Shown here piece by piece: positions 40,701-58,122 of a stretch of 64,000 bases of DNA. A program made the translations under genes and the position numbers. How positions within the stretch are numbered: position 1 is the stretch's first letter; every line of letters starts with the position of its first letter. The DNA is from the human T2T-CHM13v2.0 reference genome, Homo sapiens. Below the pieces are notes generated by a model that saw only the letters and a list, made by a program, of their open reading frames with translations, was not told where the DNA came from and did not search any database. The DNA lies in assembly GCF_009914755.1 (NCBI RefSeq), contig NC_060940.1, one strand, 5' to 3'.

Positions 40701-43057
40701 AAGCTTCTTTCTAGTTTTTATCAGAAGATATTTTCATTTTCATCAAAGGCCTCACTGCACTCCCAAATATCCCTTTACAGATTCTACAAAAACAGTGTTT
40801 CTAAAATGATGAATGAGAAGAAATATTTACCTATGTGAGATAAATGCACACATTAGAAAGCAATTTCTTTCAAAGTTCTCTCTAGTTTTAATCAAAAGAT
40901 ATTTTCTTTTTCACCATAGGCCTCATAAGTTCCCAAATGTCCATTTGCACATACTACAAAATCAGTTCTTCCAAAATGCTGAATCTAAAGAAAGGTTTAA
41001 CTCGATGAGACAAATGCACACATCACAAAAAGGTTTCTCAGATAGCTTCATTTTAGTTTTAATTCTGAGATACTTGCTTTTTTGCCATTGGTCTCAATGA
41101 GCTCCTGAATGTCAATTCACAGAATGGACAAAAACATTGTTTCCAAACTGCTGAATTAAAAGAAAGGTTTAACACTGTGAGATGAATGAGCACATCACAA
41201 AGGAGTTTCTCAGAAAGCTTCTTAGTAATTTTTATCAGAAGATATTTTCTTTTTCACCATAGGCCTCAAAGCACTGCCAAATATCAATGAGCAGAATGGA
41301 CAAAAACATTGTTTCCAAACTGCTAAGCCAGAAGAAGGGTTTACCTCTGAGAGATGAATGCACTTATCATAAAGCAGTTTCTCAGATAGCTTCCTTCAAG
41401 TTTTTATCCTTGGACATTTGTTTTTTTTCATTGGCCTCAATGAGCTCCCAAATGCCCATTCACAGATGGAAAAAAAAACAGTGTTTCCAAACTTTTGAAT
41501 CAAAAGAACGGTTTAACTATGTAACATGAATGCACATATCACTAAGCGGTTTCTTGGAAAGCTTATTTGTAGTTTTTATCTGAACATATTTTTGCACCAT
41601 AGGCCTTATTTGGCTTCCAAATACCCCCTTTACAACTTCTCCAAAAAGAGTGTTTCCAACCTGTTGAATCAAAAGAAATGTTTTTCTCCATGAGATGAAT
41701 CCACACATCAGACAGCAGTTTCACAGAAAACTTCTTTCTAGTTTTTATATGGGCATATTCTGTTATTCCCCTTAGGCCATGATGGGCTTTCAATTGTCCC
41801 TTTGCACATTCTCCAAAGAGGAGTGTTTCCAAATTGTTGAAACAAAAGAAAGGTTTAAGTCTGTGAGATGAATCCACAGATTACAAAGCTGTTTTAGAAA
41901 TAGCTCTTTTCTATTTTTATCTGAAGATATTCGGTTTTGATTCATAGGCCTCAATGGACTTTCAGTTGTCCCTTCACAGATTCTACAGAAAGAGTGTTTC
42001 CAGCACACTCAATCAACAGAAAGGTACAATTCTATGAGATTCATCCACACATCACACAGCATATCCACAGGCAGCTTCTTTCTAGTTCTTATCTTGGGGT
42101 ATTGGGTTTTTCCCCATAGGCCTCAGTGGGCTCCCAAATGTCCCTTTGTAGATCCTCCAAAAGAGTATTTTCCACCTGCTGAATCAACAGAAATGTTTAA
42201 CTCTGTGAGATAAATCCACACATTACAACACAGTTTCACCGATTGATCCTTTCTTGTTTTTCTCTGGGGATTTTCAGTTTTTCCCCATAGGCCTCAATGG
42301 GCTCTAAAATGTCAATTCACAGATTCTCCAAAAAAAGTGTTTAGAACTTTCTGAATCAAAAGAAAGGTTTAATTCTGTGAGATGAATCCACTCACCACAA
42401 AGCAGTTTTAAAGATGGCTTCTTTCTTGTTTTTATCTAACAATATTCATTTCTTTCCCCATAGGCCTCAATAGACTTACTAATATCCCTTTACTGATTAT
42501 CAAAAAAAGTGTTTCCAACCTACTGAATCAAAAGAGTGGCTTAACTCTGTTAGACGAATCCACAAATCCCAAAACGGTTTCACAGATAGGTTTCTTTCTT
42601 GTTCTTATCTGGGGATATTCAATTTTTTCCCTAGGACTCAATAGGCTCCCTAATGACCCTTCATAGATTCTCCAAAAAGAGTGTTTCCAAACTGTTGTGT
42701 CAAAAGAAAGTTTCAAAAATTTTAGATGAATTCACACATCACAAAGCAGTGTCACAGACAGATTCCATTTTTCATCTGGGGATATTCCGTTTTTCCCATA
42801 GGACTCAATGGGCTCTGAAATGTCCCTTTGCAGATTTGTAAACCAGAGTGTTTTCAACCTGCTGAATCAAAACGAAAGTTTAACTCTGTGAGATGAATCC
42901 ACACATCACAAAGGAGTTTCACCAATAGATTCTTTCTAGTTTTTTTCTGGGGATATCCGTTTTCATCCTTAGGCCACAGTTAGCTCCCAAATGTACCATC
43001 ACAGATTCTCCAAAATTGTGTTTCCAATATGCAGTATGAAAAACAAAGCTTATCTCT
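34793..43057 (-). repeat. Divergent alpha satellite; two-monomer-type layer to ~41550, then the flanking type
   Basis: 'gaatgcacac' and 'tttctcaga' monomers up to ~41550; 'gaatccacac' and 'tttcacaga' monomers after. Confidence 0.96.
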
Positions 43058-44825
<1,768 letters not shown>

Positions 44826-47800
44826 AAAGCTTATCTCTGTGAGATGAATCCACATATTGTAAAGCAGTTTCACAGATAGCTTCTTTCTAGTTTTTAATCT
44901 GGAAATACTCTGTTTTTCCCCATACTCCTCAAATGTCCCTTCACAGATTCTCCAAAAACAGTGTTTCCAACAGGGTGAGGAAAAAAAAAAAAACGTTTAA
45001 CTCTGTGCTGAATCCACATATCACAAAGCAGTTTCACAGATAGCTTCTTTCTAGTTTTCATTGGGGATTATCGCTTTTTCCCCAGAGGCCTCATTGGGCT
45101 CCCTTATGTCCCTTTGCAGAATCTCCAGAAAGTGTTTCCAACTTGCTGAATCAAAAGAAATATCTAACTTTGTGAGACAAATCTACACATCACAAAGCGG
45201 TTTCAGAGATAGCTCATTTCTGTTGTTTTCCTGGGGACATTCAATTTTTCCACATAGACTTAATCAGCTCCCAAATATCCCTTTGCAGATTCTCCAATAA
45301 TGTGTTTCCAACCTGCTGAATCAAAAGAAAGGTTTAACTCTGTGACTTGAATGCACATATCACAAGCCAGTTTCACAGATAGCTTCCTTCTAGTTTTTAT
45401 CTGGAGATTTTCTGTTTTTACCATAGGCCTCAAAGGGCTTTTAAACATCCCTTTGCAGATTCTCAGAAAGAGTGTTTTCAACCTACTGAATCCTAAGAAA
45501 GTTTAAGTCTGTGAGTTGCATCCACCCATCACGAGTAGGTTCACAGAAAGCTTCTTTCTTGTTTTGATCTGGGGATATTTGTTTTTTCCCCATAGTCCTC
45601 AATTGGATTCCAAATATCCCTTCACAGATGCTTCAAAAAGAGTGTTTCCAACCTGCTGAATCAAAAGAAAAGTTTAACTCTCTGAGATGAAGCCACACAT
45701 CCAAAATCAGTTTCACAGATAGCTTCTTTCTAGTTTTTATCTGGCCATATTCAGTTTTTCATCATAGGCCTCAATGTGCTCCCAAATTTCCCTTCACAGA
45801 TTTTCCAAAAAGAGTGTTTGCAACCTGCTGATTCAAAAGGAAGGTTTAACTCTGGGAGCTGAATCCACACATCATGAAGCAGTTTCAGAGATAGCTTCTT
45901 TCTAGTTTTTATCTGAGGATATTTGATTTTTCTCCATAGGCCTCAAAGGGCTCCCAAATGTCCCTTCATAGATTTCCAAAAACAGTGGTTCCAACTTGCT
46001 GACTCAAAACAAACTTTTAACTCTGTGAGATAAATCCACACATTACAAAGCAGCTTATCAGATAGCTTCTTTCTAGTTTTTATCTTTGGATATTCCGTTT
46101 TTCCCCATAGGCCTCTTTAGGCTTCCAAACCTCCCTTCCCAGGTTCTCCAAAAAGAGTGTTTACAACATGCTGAATCAAAATAAAGGTTTGACTCTGTGA
46201 GATGAATCCACACACCAGAAAGCTGTTTCAAAGAATTTGTCTTTGTTCTTTTTATCTGGAGATATTCTGTTTCACCCAAGAGGCCACAATGGGCTACAAA
46301 ATATCCCTTCACAGATTCTCCACAAAGACTGTTGCCAACCTGTTGGACCAACAGAAATGTTTAGTTCTGTGTGATAAATCCATGCATCAAAAAGCAGTTT
46401 CACAAATAGCTTCTCTTCTTTTTTTGTTTGGGGATATTCAATTTTGACACATCAGCCTTATTGGGCTCCTAAATGGCCTATTGCAGGTTCTGCAGTAACA
46501 GTGTTTCCAACCTACTGAATCAAAATAAACGTTTAACACTGTAAGATAAAACCACATATTACAAGGCAGTTTCAAAGATAGCCTTTTTCTGTTTTTTTTT
46601 TTTTTTTTTTCTGGGGATATTTGCTTATTTCACATAGACTTCAGTGGGCTCCCAAATGTCCCTTAAGATCTTACAAAAAGAGTGTTTCAAACCTGCTGAA
46701 TCAAAACAAAGGTTTTATTTGGTGAGATGAGTCCTCACATGACAAAGCAGTTTCACAGATAGCTTCTTTCTAGTTTTAATCTGTGGATTTTTTTTTTTTT
46801 GCCTTTGGCCTAAAATGGCTCACAAATGTCCCTTCACAGATTCCCCAAAAAGAGTGTTTCCAACCTGCTGAATCAAAAGAAAGTTTTAACTCTGGGAGAT
46901 GAATCCACATATCCCAAAGCAGTTTCAGAGATAGCTTCTTTCTAGTGTTTATGTGAAGAAATTTGATGTTTCCACATAGGCTTCAAAGGGCTCCCAAACG
47001 TTTCAGTGTTTCCAATCCGTTGAATCAAAAGAAATATTTAAATCACTTGGATGAATCTACCCATCAAAAAGCAGTTTCACATATACCTTCTATCTAGTTT
47101 TTATGTGGGGATATTCGATTTTTCCACAAGGCCTAAATGGGCCTCAAAACATCATGTTGCAGATTCTCCAAAAACAGTGTTTCCAACCTGCTGATTAAAA
47201 ACAAAGGCTTAACTCCGTGAGTTGAATCCACACATCACAAGGAAGTGATATCTTCTTTCTTGATTTTATCTGATGATATTCAGTTGTTCCCCATTCACAT
47301 CAATTGACTACCAAATGTCCCTTCGCAGATTCTCCAAAAATAGGGTTTTTAACCTACTGAATTAAAGGAAAGGTTTTACTCTGTGAGGCGAATCCACACA
47401 TGACAAAGCAGTTTCACAGATAGCTTCTTTCTAGTTTTTATCTGCGGACATTCTGTTTTTCCCCATAGGCCTCAATGGGCTCTGAAATGTCCCTTCACAG
47501 ATACTACAAAAAAAGTGTTTCTGATCTGCTGAATCAAAAGAAAGGTTTAACACTGTGAGATGAATTCATACCTCACAAAGGAGTTTCATAGATAGCTTCT
47601 TTCTAGTTTTTATCTGTCGATATTTGCTTTTTCCCCTTAGATGAAAATGGGCTTCAAATTTCACTTTGCAGACCCTACAAAAATAGTATTTCCAATCTTC
47701 TGAATCAAAACAAAGGTTTAACACTGTGAGATGAATCCACACATCACAAAGGAGTTTCAAAGATAGCTTCTTTCTAGTTTTTATCTGGATATTAGTTTTC

Positions 47801-50800
47801 TCCCCATAGACCTCAATGAGCTCCTAAATGTCTCTTTGCAGATTCTACAAAGAGTGTTTCCAACCTACTGTAGAAAAGAAAGATTTAACTTTGTAAGATG
47901 AATCCACACATGACAAAACTGTTTCACAGATAGCTTCTTTCTAGTTTATATCTGGGGATATTTGACTTTTCCACTAGATTTCAATGGGCTCCTAAATGTC
48001 CCTTTGTAGATTTTCCCAAAAGAGTATTTCAAACCTTTTGAATAAAATGAAAGGTTTAACTCTGTGAGATGAATGCACACCTCAAAAAGCAGTTTCAAAG
48101 ATAGCTTTTTTTCTAGCTTTTATCTGGGGATATTCTGTTTTTCCCCATAGGCCTCCATTGGCTACCAAATGTCCCTTCATAGATTCTACAAAAAAAGTGT
48201 TTTCAACCTGCTGAATAAAAAGAACATTTTAACTCTGTGAGATAAATCCACACATCACAAAGCAGTTTCACAGATAGCTTCTTTCTAGTTTTTACCTGTG
48301 GGTATTTCATTTTTCTGCCTAGGCCTCAACTGGACTCCAAAATGTCCCTTCGCAAATACTACAAAAACAGTGTTTCCAAACTGGTGAATCAAAAGAGAGG
48401 TTTAACTCTGTGTGATGAACCCACACTCCAAAAGCAGTTTCACAGATAGCTTATTTCTAGATTTTATCTGGAGATATTCAATTTTTCCCCATAGGCCTTA
48501 TTGGGCTCCAAAATGTCCATTGGCAGATTCCACAAAAAGTGTGTTTCCAACATGCTGAATCAAAAGAAAGCTTTACCTGTGTGAAATGAGTCCACACATC
48601 ACAAAGAAGTTTCAAAGATACATTCTTTCTAGTTTTTATCTTTGGATATTCTGTTTTTCCTTATAGGGCTCCATGGGCTCCCAAATGTCTCTTTGCAGTT
48701 TCTCCAAAAAGAGTTTTTCCAACTTGCTCAATCGAAATAAAGCTGTAACTCTGCGAGATGAATCCACACATCACATAGCATTTTCACAAATTGCTTCTTT
48801 CTAGTTTATATCTGAGGATATTGGATTTTTCCCTGTAGGCCTCAATGGGCTCTAAATTGTTCCTTTGCAGATTCTCCAAAAGGAGCTTTTCCAACCTGCT
48901 GAATCAAGAGAAAGTTTTAACTCTGTGAGATGAATCCACACATCAAAAAGCAGTTTCACAGATAGACTTATTTTCGTTTTTTTCTTGGGATATTAGATTT
49001 TCACCCATAGGTTATAAAGGGCTCCCAAATATCTCTTTGCAGATTCTCCAAAAGGAGTGTTTCCAACCTGCTAAGACAAAAGAAAAATTGAACTCTGTGA
49101 GATAAATCCACACATCCCAAAGTAGATCACAGATAACTTCTTTCTAGTTTTTATATGGGCATATTCAGTTTTTCCCCATATGCCTCAATGTGCTCCCAGA
49201 TGTGTTCCACACACCACAAAGCAGTTTCACAGATAGCTTCTTTGTTCTTTTTACCTAAGGATATTCAGTTTTGCTTCATAGGCCTCAAAGGGCTCCCAAA
49301 TGTCCCTTTGCAGATCCTTCAAAAAAAGTGTTTCCAATATGCAGAATCAAATGCAGGTTTAGCTCTGTGAGATGAATCCACACATCTCAAAGCAGTTTTA
49401 CACATTGTTTTTTTCTAGTTTTCATCTGAGGATATTCTTTTCTTCCTCTAGGCCTCTATATGCTCAAAAATGTTCCCTCACAGATTCTACAAAAAGTGTT
49501 TTTCCAACCTGCTGAATCAAAGGAAAGGCTTAACTCTATGAGATAAATCCATGCATTACAAAGCAGTTTCACAGAGATGTTCTTTCTAGTTTTTATTTTG
49601 GGATATTCAGTTTTCCCTTATAGGCCCCAAAAAGGTCCCAAATGTTTCATCAGAGATTCTAGAGTGTTTGAAACCTGCAGAATCAAGAGAAAAGTTTAAC
49701 TCTGTAAGATGAATCCACGCGTCACAAAGCAGTTTCACAGATAGCTTATTTCTAGTTTTTATCTGGGGATATACATTTTTTAAGTCATCAATAATCTCTC
49801 AGTTGTCCCCTTGAAGATTCTCCAAAAGGAGGGTTTTCAACCTGCTGAATCAAGAAAACAGTTTATCTCTGTGAGATAAATTCACAAATCACAAAACAGT
49901 TTCACAGATAGCTTTTTTTTTTTTTAGTTTTTATCTGCAGATATTCGTTTTTTTCCCCATAGGCCTCAATGGGCTCCGAAATGTCCCTTTGCAGATTCAC
50001 CAAAAAGAGTACTTCCAACCAGCTGAATCAAAAGCAAGGATTAACTCTGTGAGATGAATTTAGATGAAAAAAAATTTCACAGATAGCTCCTTTCTAGTTT
50101 TTATCTGGGGATATTCGGTTTTTCCCCCATAGGCCTTATGGGCTCCCAAATGTCCCATAACAGATTCTCCAAAAAGAGTGTTTCCAACTGGCTGAATCAA
50201 CAGAAATGTTTAACTCTGTGGGATGAATCCACATATCACAAGACAACTTCACAGTTAACGTCTCTCTAGTTTATGTCTGGTATATTAATTTTTTTCCCAT
50301 AGGCCTCAATGAGCTCCAAAATGTCTTTTTGCAGATCCTACAAAAAGAATTTTTCCAACATACTGCCTGAAAAGAAAGATTTAGCTCTGTGAGATGAATC
50401 TACACCTCATAAAGCATTTCACTGATAGCTTCTTTATAGTTTTTATCTGGATATATTAAGTTTTTCCTTATAAGCCTCAAAGGTGTCACAAATGTCCTTT
50501 CACATATCCTAAAAAAAGAGTGTTCTCAAACTTATGGATTAAAAGAAAGTTTCAACTCTGTGAGATGAATCCAAACCTCACAAACCAGTTTCACAGATAG
50601 AATCTTCCTAATTTTTATCTGGGATATTCAATTTTTCTTCATAGGCCACAATGGGCTACAAAATGTCCTCTTGCAGATTGTCCAAAAAGAGCGTTTCCAA
50701 CCTGCTGAAAAAAAAACCTTTAACTCTGTGAGATGAATCCACGCATCACAAAGCAATTTCAAAAATAACTTCTCTCTAGTTTTTATCTGGGGTTATTCTC

Positions 50801-53800
50801 TTTTACACCTTAGACCTCAATGGGTTCCCAAATGTCTTTTCTTAGATTTTACAAAAAGAGTGTTTCCAACCTGCAGAATCAAGAGAAAGGTTTATCTTTG
50901 TGAGATAAATCCACACATAATAAAACAGTTTCACGGATACCTTCTTTCTGGTTTTTATCTATGGATATTTGGTTTTTCCCTTTCTGCCTCAATTGGCTTC
51001 AAAATGTTGCTTTGCAAATTCTCCAAAAAGATTTTCCAACATGCTGAATCAAAAGAATAATTTAACTCTGTGAGTAGAGTCCACACATCAAAAACCAGTT
51101 TCACAAAGATTCTTTCTACTTTTTTTCTGGGGATATTTGGATTTTTTCTGTAGGCCTCAACTGGCTCACAAATGTCCCTTTGCAGATTCTCCAAAACGAG
51201 TGTTTATAACCTGCTGAATAAAAAGGATGATTTAACTCTGTGAGATGAATCCACACATTACAAAGCAGTTTTGCAGCTAGCTTTTTTCTAATTTATTTTT
51301 TCTGGGGATACTCATTTTCTTCCCATGGGCTTCAATGGGCTCCCAAATGTGCATTCCCAGAGTCCCCAAAAAGAGTGTTTCCACCATGCTAAATAAAAAG
51401 AAAGGTTTAATTCTGTGAGAGGAATCAACACATCAAAAAGCAGTTTCACAGATAGTTTCTTTCCGCTTTGTATCTGGGGATATTTGATTTTTCCCCTCAG
51501 GCCCTTGTGGGCTCACAGATTTTCTGAAAAGAGTGTTTCCAATCTGCTGAATCAAAAAAAAGTTTAACTTTGTGAGATGAATCCACTCATTATGAAGCAG
51601 TTGCTCAAATAGCTTCTTCTAGTTTTATTCATGGACTATTCTGTTTTGCACCATAGGCCTCTAAGGGCTTCAAAATGTCCCTTCTCAGATACTGCAAAAA
51701 GAGTGTTTCAAACCTGCTGAATCAAAACAAAGATTTAACTCTGTGAGATGACTCCAGACATCCCAATGCAGTTTCACAGATTGCTTCTAGTTTTTATTGG
51801 GGGATATTCAATTTACCACCTAGGCCTCAATAAGCTCTCAAATGTCCCTTTGCTGATTCTCCAAAAGAAATGTTTCCATGCTGCTGAATCAAGACAAAAA
51901 TTTAAATCTGTGCAAAGAATCCACACATCACAAAGCAGTTTCACAGATAGCTTCTTTGTAGTTTTTATCTGGGGACATTCTGTTTTTCCCCCAAGGCCTC
52001 AATGGGTTTTGAAATATCATTTTGCAGATACTTTGAAAAGAGTGTTTCCAACCTGCTGAATGAGAGGAAATGTTTATCTCTGTGAGATGAATCCACACAT
52101 CACAAAGTAGTTTCACAGATAGCTTTTTTGTAGTTTTTATGTGGGGAAATTCAATTTTTTATAGGCCCCCAAAAGCTTCCAAATGTCTCTTTGCAGACAC
52201 TCCAAAACTACTGTTTAAAACCTGCTGAATCAAAAGAAAGGTTTACCTCTGTGAGATGGATCTGCACATCACAAAGCAGTTTCATAGATAGATTCTTTCT
52301 AGTTTTTATATAGGAATATTTGTTTTTTCCTGTGATCCTCAAAGCGCTCCCAAATATCACCTCACATATCCTCCAAAAGAGTGTTTCCAACCTGCTTAAT
52401 CAAAATACAGTTTTAACTTTGGAAGATGAATCCATACATCACAAAGTAATTTCACAGATAGCTTCTTTCTAATTTTATCTGGGGATATTTGGTTTTTCTC
52501 CATAGACCTCAATGGGCTCCCAAATGTCCTTTCACAGATTCCCCAAAAAGAGTGTTTTCAACCTTCTGAATGAAAAGAAAGTTTTAGCTGTTTATGATGA
52601 ATCCACACATCACAAACTGTTTCTCAGAAAGCTTTTTTCTAACTTTTATTGGAGATATTCAGTTTTTCGCTGTAGATTTCAATGGGCTTCAAAGTGTCCC
52701 TTTGCAGATTCTCCAAAAAAGTGTTTCCAACCTGCTGAATGAAAAGAGAGGTTTTACTCTGTGCAATGAATCCACATATCACGAAGCAGTTTCACTAGAT
52801 GGCTAGTTTCTATTTGTTTTCTGGGATATTTTGCTTATTTCCATAGGCCTCAGAATGTCCCTTCACAGATTCTCCAAAAAGAGTTTTTCCAAAACACTGA
52901 ATCAAAAAAACAAGTTTATGTCTGTGAGATAAATCCACACATCACCAAGCAGTTTCAAAGAGCTTTTTGCTAGTTTTTATCTGGGGGTATTCAATTTTTC
53001 TCCATAGGCCTCGAAGGGCTCCCAAATGTCTCTTCGCAGATTCTCCAAAAAGAGTGCTTCCAATCTGCAGAATCAAAAGAAAAGTTCAAGTTTCTGATAT
53101 GAATCCACACATCAAAAGCAGTTTCACAGATAATTTCTTTGTAGTTTTTAACTTGGAATACTCAGTTTTTCCCCTTAGGCCTTAATATGCTCCCAAATGT
53201 CTTTTTGCAGATTCTCTAAAAAGAGGTTTTCCAACCTGCTGAATCAAAAAAAAAAAAAAAAGGTTTAACTCTGTGAGATGTATCCACACATCTCAAAGCA
53301 ATTTCAGAGACAGCTGCTTTCAAGTTTTTATCTGGAGATATTCAGTTTTACCTCAATGGGCTCAATGGGCTCCCAAATATCCCTTCACAGATTCTTAAAA
53401 AGGAAAATGTGTTTCCAAGCGGCTGAATCAATAGAAAGGCTTAACTCTGTAAGATGAATCCACACATAACAAAGCAGATTCACTGATAATTTCTTTCTAT
53501 TTTTTTCTGGGGTATTCAGATTTTTCCCCCTAGGACTCAATGGGCTCCAAACAGTCCCTTCACATGATTTTTCAAAAAAAGTGTTTCCAGCCTTCTAAAT
53601 CAAAAGAAAGTTTTAACTCTGTGAGATGAATCCACACATCAGAAAGCAGTTTCACAGATTGCTTCCTTCTAGTTTTTTCTTGGGATATTCGGTTTTGCCC
53701 CTTAGGCCTTAATGGTCTCCAAAAGGTCTTTTTGCACATTCTGCAAAAAAGGTTTCCCAGTCTGCTGAATCATAGAACAGTTTAACTCTGTGGAATGAAT

Positions 53801-56800
53801 CCACACTTCACAAGCAGTTTAACCGATAAGTTCTTTCTAGTTTTTAACTGGGGATATTTGGTTTTGCCATATAAGCCCTAATGGGCCCCCAAATGTCCCT
53901 TCACATAGTCTCCAAAAAGCATGTTTCCAACCTGATTAATCAAAAGAAATGTTTAACTTTGTAAGGTGAATCCACTTATCACAAAGCATTTTGACAGTTA
54001 GCTTCTATCCAGTTTTTATGTAGGGACATTTTGTTTTTCCTCATAGCCCTCCAGGAGCTCTCAAATGTCCCTTTACAGATTGTGCAAAAAGAATGTTTCC
54101 AAACTCCTGAATCAAAAGAAATGCTTAAGTTCATGAGATGAATCCACACATCACAATGCAGTTTCAGAGATAGGTTCTTTCTAGTTCTTATCTGGGAATA
54201 TTCTGTTTTTTTCCTTAGGCCTTCAGGGGTTCCCAAATGTTCCTAGGCAGATTCTTCAAAAAGTGTTTTCAACAAGCTGTGTCTGAAGAAAAGTTTAATT
54301 TTGTGAGATGAATCCACATATCACAAAGCAGTTTCAGAGCTAGGTTCTGTCTAGTTTTTATCTGGGTATATTCAGTTTTTCCCCATAGCCCACAATGGAC
54401 TTCTAAATATCCCTTCACAGATTACCCAAAAAGAGTGTTTCCTACCAGCTAGATCAAAAGAAAAGTTTACACTGTTAAATGAATCCCTATCTCATAAAGC
54501 AGGGATAAATCTCTGCAAAATGGGTTCTTTCTAGTTTGTATCTGGAGATATTCGTTTTTCCCTGTAGACATCAATAGGCTCTGAAATATCCCTTCGCAGA
54601 TTTTCCAAAGAGTGTTTCCATCCTGCTGAATCAAAAGAAAGGTTTAACACTGTGAGATGAATCCACAATTTAAAAAGCAGTTTCACAGACAGCTTCTTTC
54701 TAGTTTTTAGCTGGGAATATTCTGTTTTCCACTGTAGGCCTCAATGGGCTACAAAATGTCCCTGTGCAGATTATCCAATGAGAGTTTTTCCAACCTTCTG
54801 AATCAAAAGAAAGGTTTAACACTGTGAGATGAATCCACTCTTAACAAAGCAGTTTCACAGACACATTCTTTCTAGAATTTATCTAACGATATTTGTTTTT
54901 TTCCCATAGGCCTCAAGAGGTTCCCAAATGTCCCTTCACAGATTCCCCAATAAGTGTTTCTAACCTGCTGAATTGAAAGGTTTAACATTGTGATATGAAT
55001 CTACACAACACAAAGCAGTTTCACAAGTAGCTTCTTTCTAGTTTTTATCTGGGGATATTTTGTTTTCCCCAAATGCTTCAAAAGGGCTCCAAAATATCTT
55101 TTTGCTGATTCTTTAAAAAGAGTGTCTCCAACCTGCTGAATCAAAAGAAAGGTTTAACTCTGTGAGATGAATCCACCCATAACAAAGCCATTTCACAGAT
55201 AGCTTATTTCTAGTTTTTATTTGGGGTTATTTTGTTTTTCCCCATAGGTCTCAATGGGTTCCCAAATGTCCCTTCACAGATTCTCCAATCAGAGGCTACC
55301 CAACCTGCTGTGTCAAAAGAAAGATTCAACTCAGTGAAATGAATTGACACCTTAAAAGCAGTTTCACAGATAACTTCTTTGAAGTTTTTATCAGGATATT
55401 CTATTTTTCCCATGGGCCTCAATGGACTTCCAAATGTCCTTTCCCAGATAATCCAAAAATGGTGCTTTCAGCGTGCTGAATCCAAAGAACTGTTTAACTC
55501 TGCGAGAAGAACCCACACATCGCAAAGCAGTGTCACAGGTAGCTCCTTTCTACTTATTATCTGGGGATGTTCACTTTTTCCACATAGGCGTCAATGTGTT
55601 CCCAAATGTCCCTTCACAGTTTCTACAAAAAAAGAGGTTCCAACCTCTTGAATCAAAATAAAGTTTTACCTATGTGAGATGAATCCACACATCACAAAGC
55701 AGTTTCACAGATAGCTTGTTTTTCAATTTAATCTGGGGATATTCAGTTTTTCCCTGTAGGTCACAGTCGGCTCCCAAATATCCTTTCCCACATTCTCCAA
55801 AGAGAATGTTTCCAACCAGCTGAATCAAAAATAGGTGTACCTCTGTGATTTGAATCCACACATAACAGAACAGTTTCACAGATAGATTGTTTTCAGTTTT
55901 TATCTGGGGATATTTTGTTTCTCCCCATAGACCTCAATGGGCTCCTAAACGTCCCTTCACAGATTCTCCTAAAATAGTGGCTCCAACCAGCTGAATCAAA
56001 GGAAATGTTTAACTCAGTAAGATGAATCCACACATCACAAAGTAGTTTCACAGAAAGCTTCTTTCTAGTTTTAATCTGGGAATATTCAGTTTTTCCCCAT
56101 GGGCCACAATTGGCTCCCAAATATCCCTCTGCATATTCTCTAAAAGAGTTGTTTCAAAGAGCTGAATCAAAAGAAGGGTTCAACTCTGTGATATAAATCC
56201 ACACATCACAAAGCAGTTTCACAGATAGCTTTTCTCTAATTTTTATCTGGGGATATTTTGTATTTCCTGATAGGCCTCAATGACTCCAAAATGCCCCCAC
56301 ACTGATTCTCCAAAAAGTGTGGTTCTAACCTGCTCAATCAAAATAAAGGTTTACCTCTGTGAGATGAATCCACACATTACAAAGCAGTTTCACAGATAGC
56401 TTCTTTCTAGATTTTATCCGGGGATATGAGGTTTTCCCCACAGTTCTCATTGGGCTCTCAAAAGGTCCTTCACAGGTTCTTTTAAAAAAGTTTCTGCAAC
56501 CTGCTGAATCAAAACAATGATATAACTTGGTAAGATGAATCCACATATTACAATACAATTTCACTGATAGCTTCTTTCTAGTGTTTATCTGGAGATAGCC
56601 ATTGTTTTTCCATAGGCCTCAATAAGCTCCCAAATGTTTCTTCACAAATTCCCCGAAAAGAGTTTCCAACCTGCTGAATCAAAAGAAAGTTTCAATCTGT
56701 GAGATGAATGCACACATCACAAAGCAGTCTCACAGACAGTTGCTTTCTAGTTTTTATCTGGGGATAGTCTGTTTTTTGTCCTCAGGTTCCAATGGGCTCT

Positions 56801-58122
56801 TTATTGTCCCTTTGCAGATTCTATGAAAAGAGTGTTTCAACCTTATGAATCAAAAAATTTTAAAGGTTTAAGTCTGTGAGATGAATCCACACATCACAAA
56901 GCAGTTTCACAGAGAGCTTCTTTCTAGTTTGTATCTGGGGATATTTTATTTTTCCCCATAGGCCTTAATGGGCTCTCAAATGTCCATTTGCAGATTCTTC
57001 AAAAAACTGTTTCTCACCTGTTGAATCTAAAGAAATGTTTAACTTTGTGAGATGTATCCAAACATTAGAAAGCAGTTTCAGAGAAAGCTTTTTTCTAGTT
57101 TTTATCTTGGGATATTTGATTTTTCCCATAGGCCTCTTTGACTGGCAAAGTGTCCTCTCATGATTTCTGCAAAATAGTGTTTCCAACCTGCTGAATCAAA
57201 GAACAAATTAAACTCTGTGTGATGAATCCACGCATTGCAAAGCATTTTCACAGATAGGTTCTTTCTGGTTTTTATCTTGGGATATTCAGTTTTTCCGCTA
57301 GGCGTGTCTGGGCTCCCAAATCTCCCTTCACAGTTTTTACAAAAAGAGGGTTTCCAATCTGCTGAATCCAGGGAAATATTTAGCTTTATGAGAGGAACCC
57401 CAACATCACAAAGGAGTTTCACAGATAGCTTATTTCTAGTTTTTATCTGAGTTTATTCACTTTTCCCTCAAAAGCCTTGATGGGCTCTCAAGTGCCCCTT
57501 TGATGATTCTACAAAGAGTATTTCTGGCCTACTGAATCAAAAGAAAGTTTTCACTCTATGAGATGAATCCACATATCACAGATCAGTTTCACTGATAATT
57601 TCATTCTCGTTTTTGTCTGGGGATATTCAGTTTTTCCCTTTGGGCCTCAATGGGCTCCCAATTGTCCCTTCTCAGATTCTCCAGAAAGAGTGTTTCCCAG
57701 CTGCTGGAGCAAAAGAAAGGTTAAACTGTGTGAGGTGCTCCACATATCACAAAACAGTATCAGAGATATCTTCTTTCTAGTTTTTATCTGGAGATATTTT
57801 GTTTTCCCCATAGGCCTCAATTGGCTCCCAAATGTCCCTTTGCAGATTCTACAAAAAGTGTGTTTCCAAGAAGCTGAATCAAAAGAAAGGTTTAACTCTG
57901 TGAGATTAATCCACACATCACAAAGCAGTTTCACAATTAACTTCCTTGTAGTTTTTATCTGGGGAAATTCGCTTTTTTTGCCATAGGTCTCAATGGTCTC
58001 CCAAATGTCCCTTCACAGATACTACAAAAAGAGTCATTACAACCTGCTGAATCAAAAGAAATGTTTAATTTTATGAGATGAATGCTCACATTATGAAGCA
58101 GTTTCACATACCATTTCTTTCT
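44826..58122 (-). repeat. Divergent monomeric alpha satellite
   Basis: Continuous ~171-bp periodicity with occasional deleted monomers (e.g. ~47000, ~49200). Confidence 0.97.
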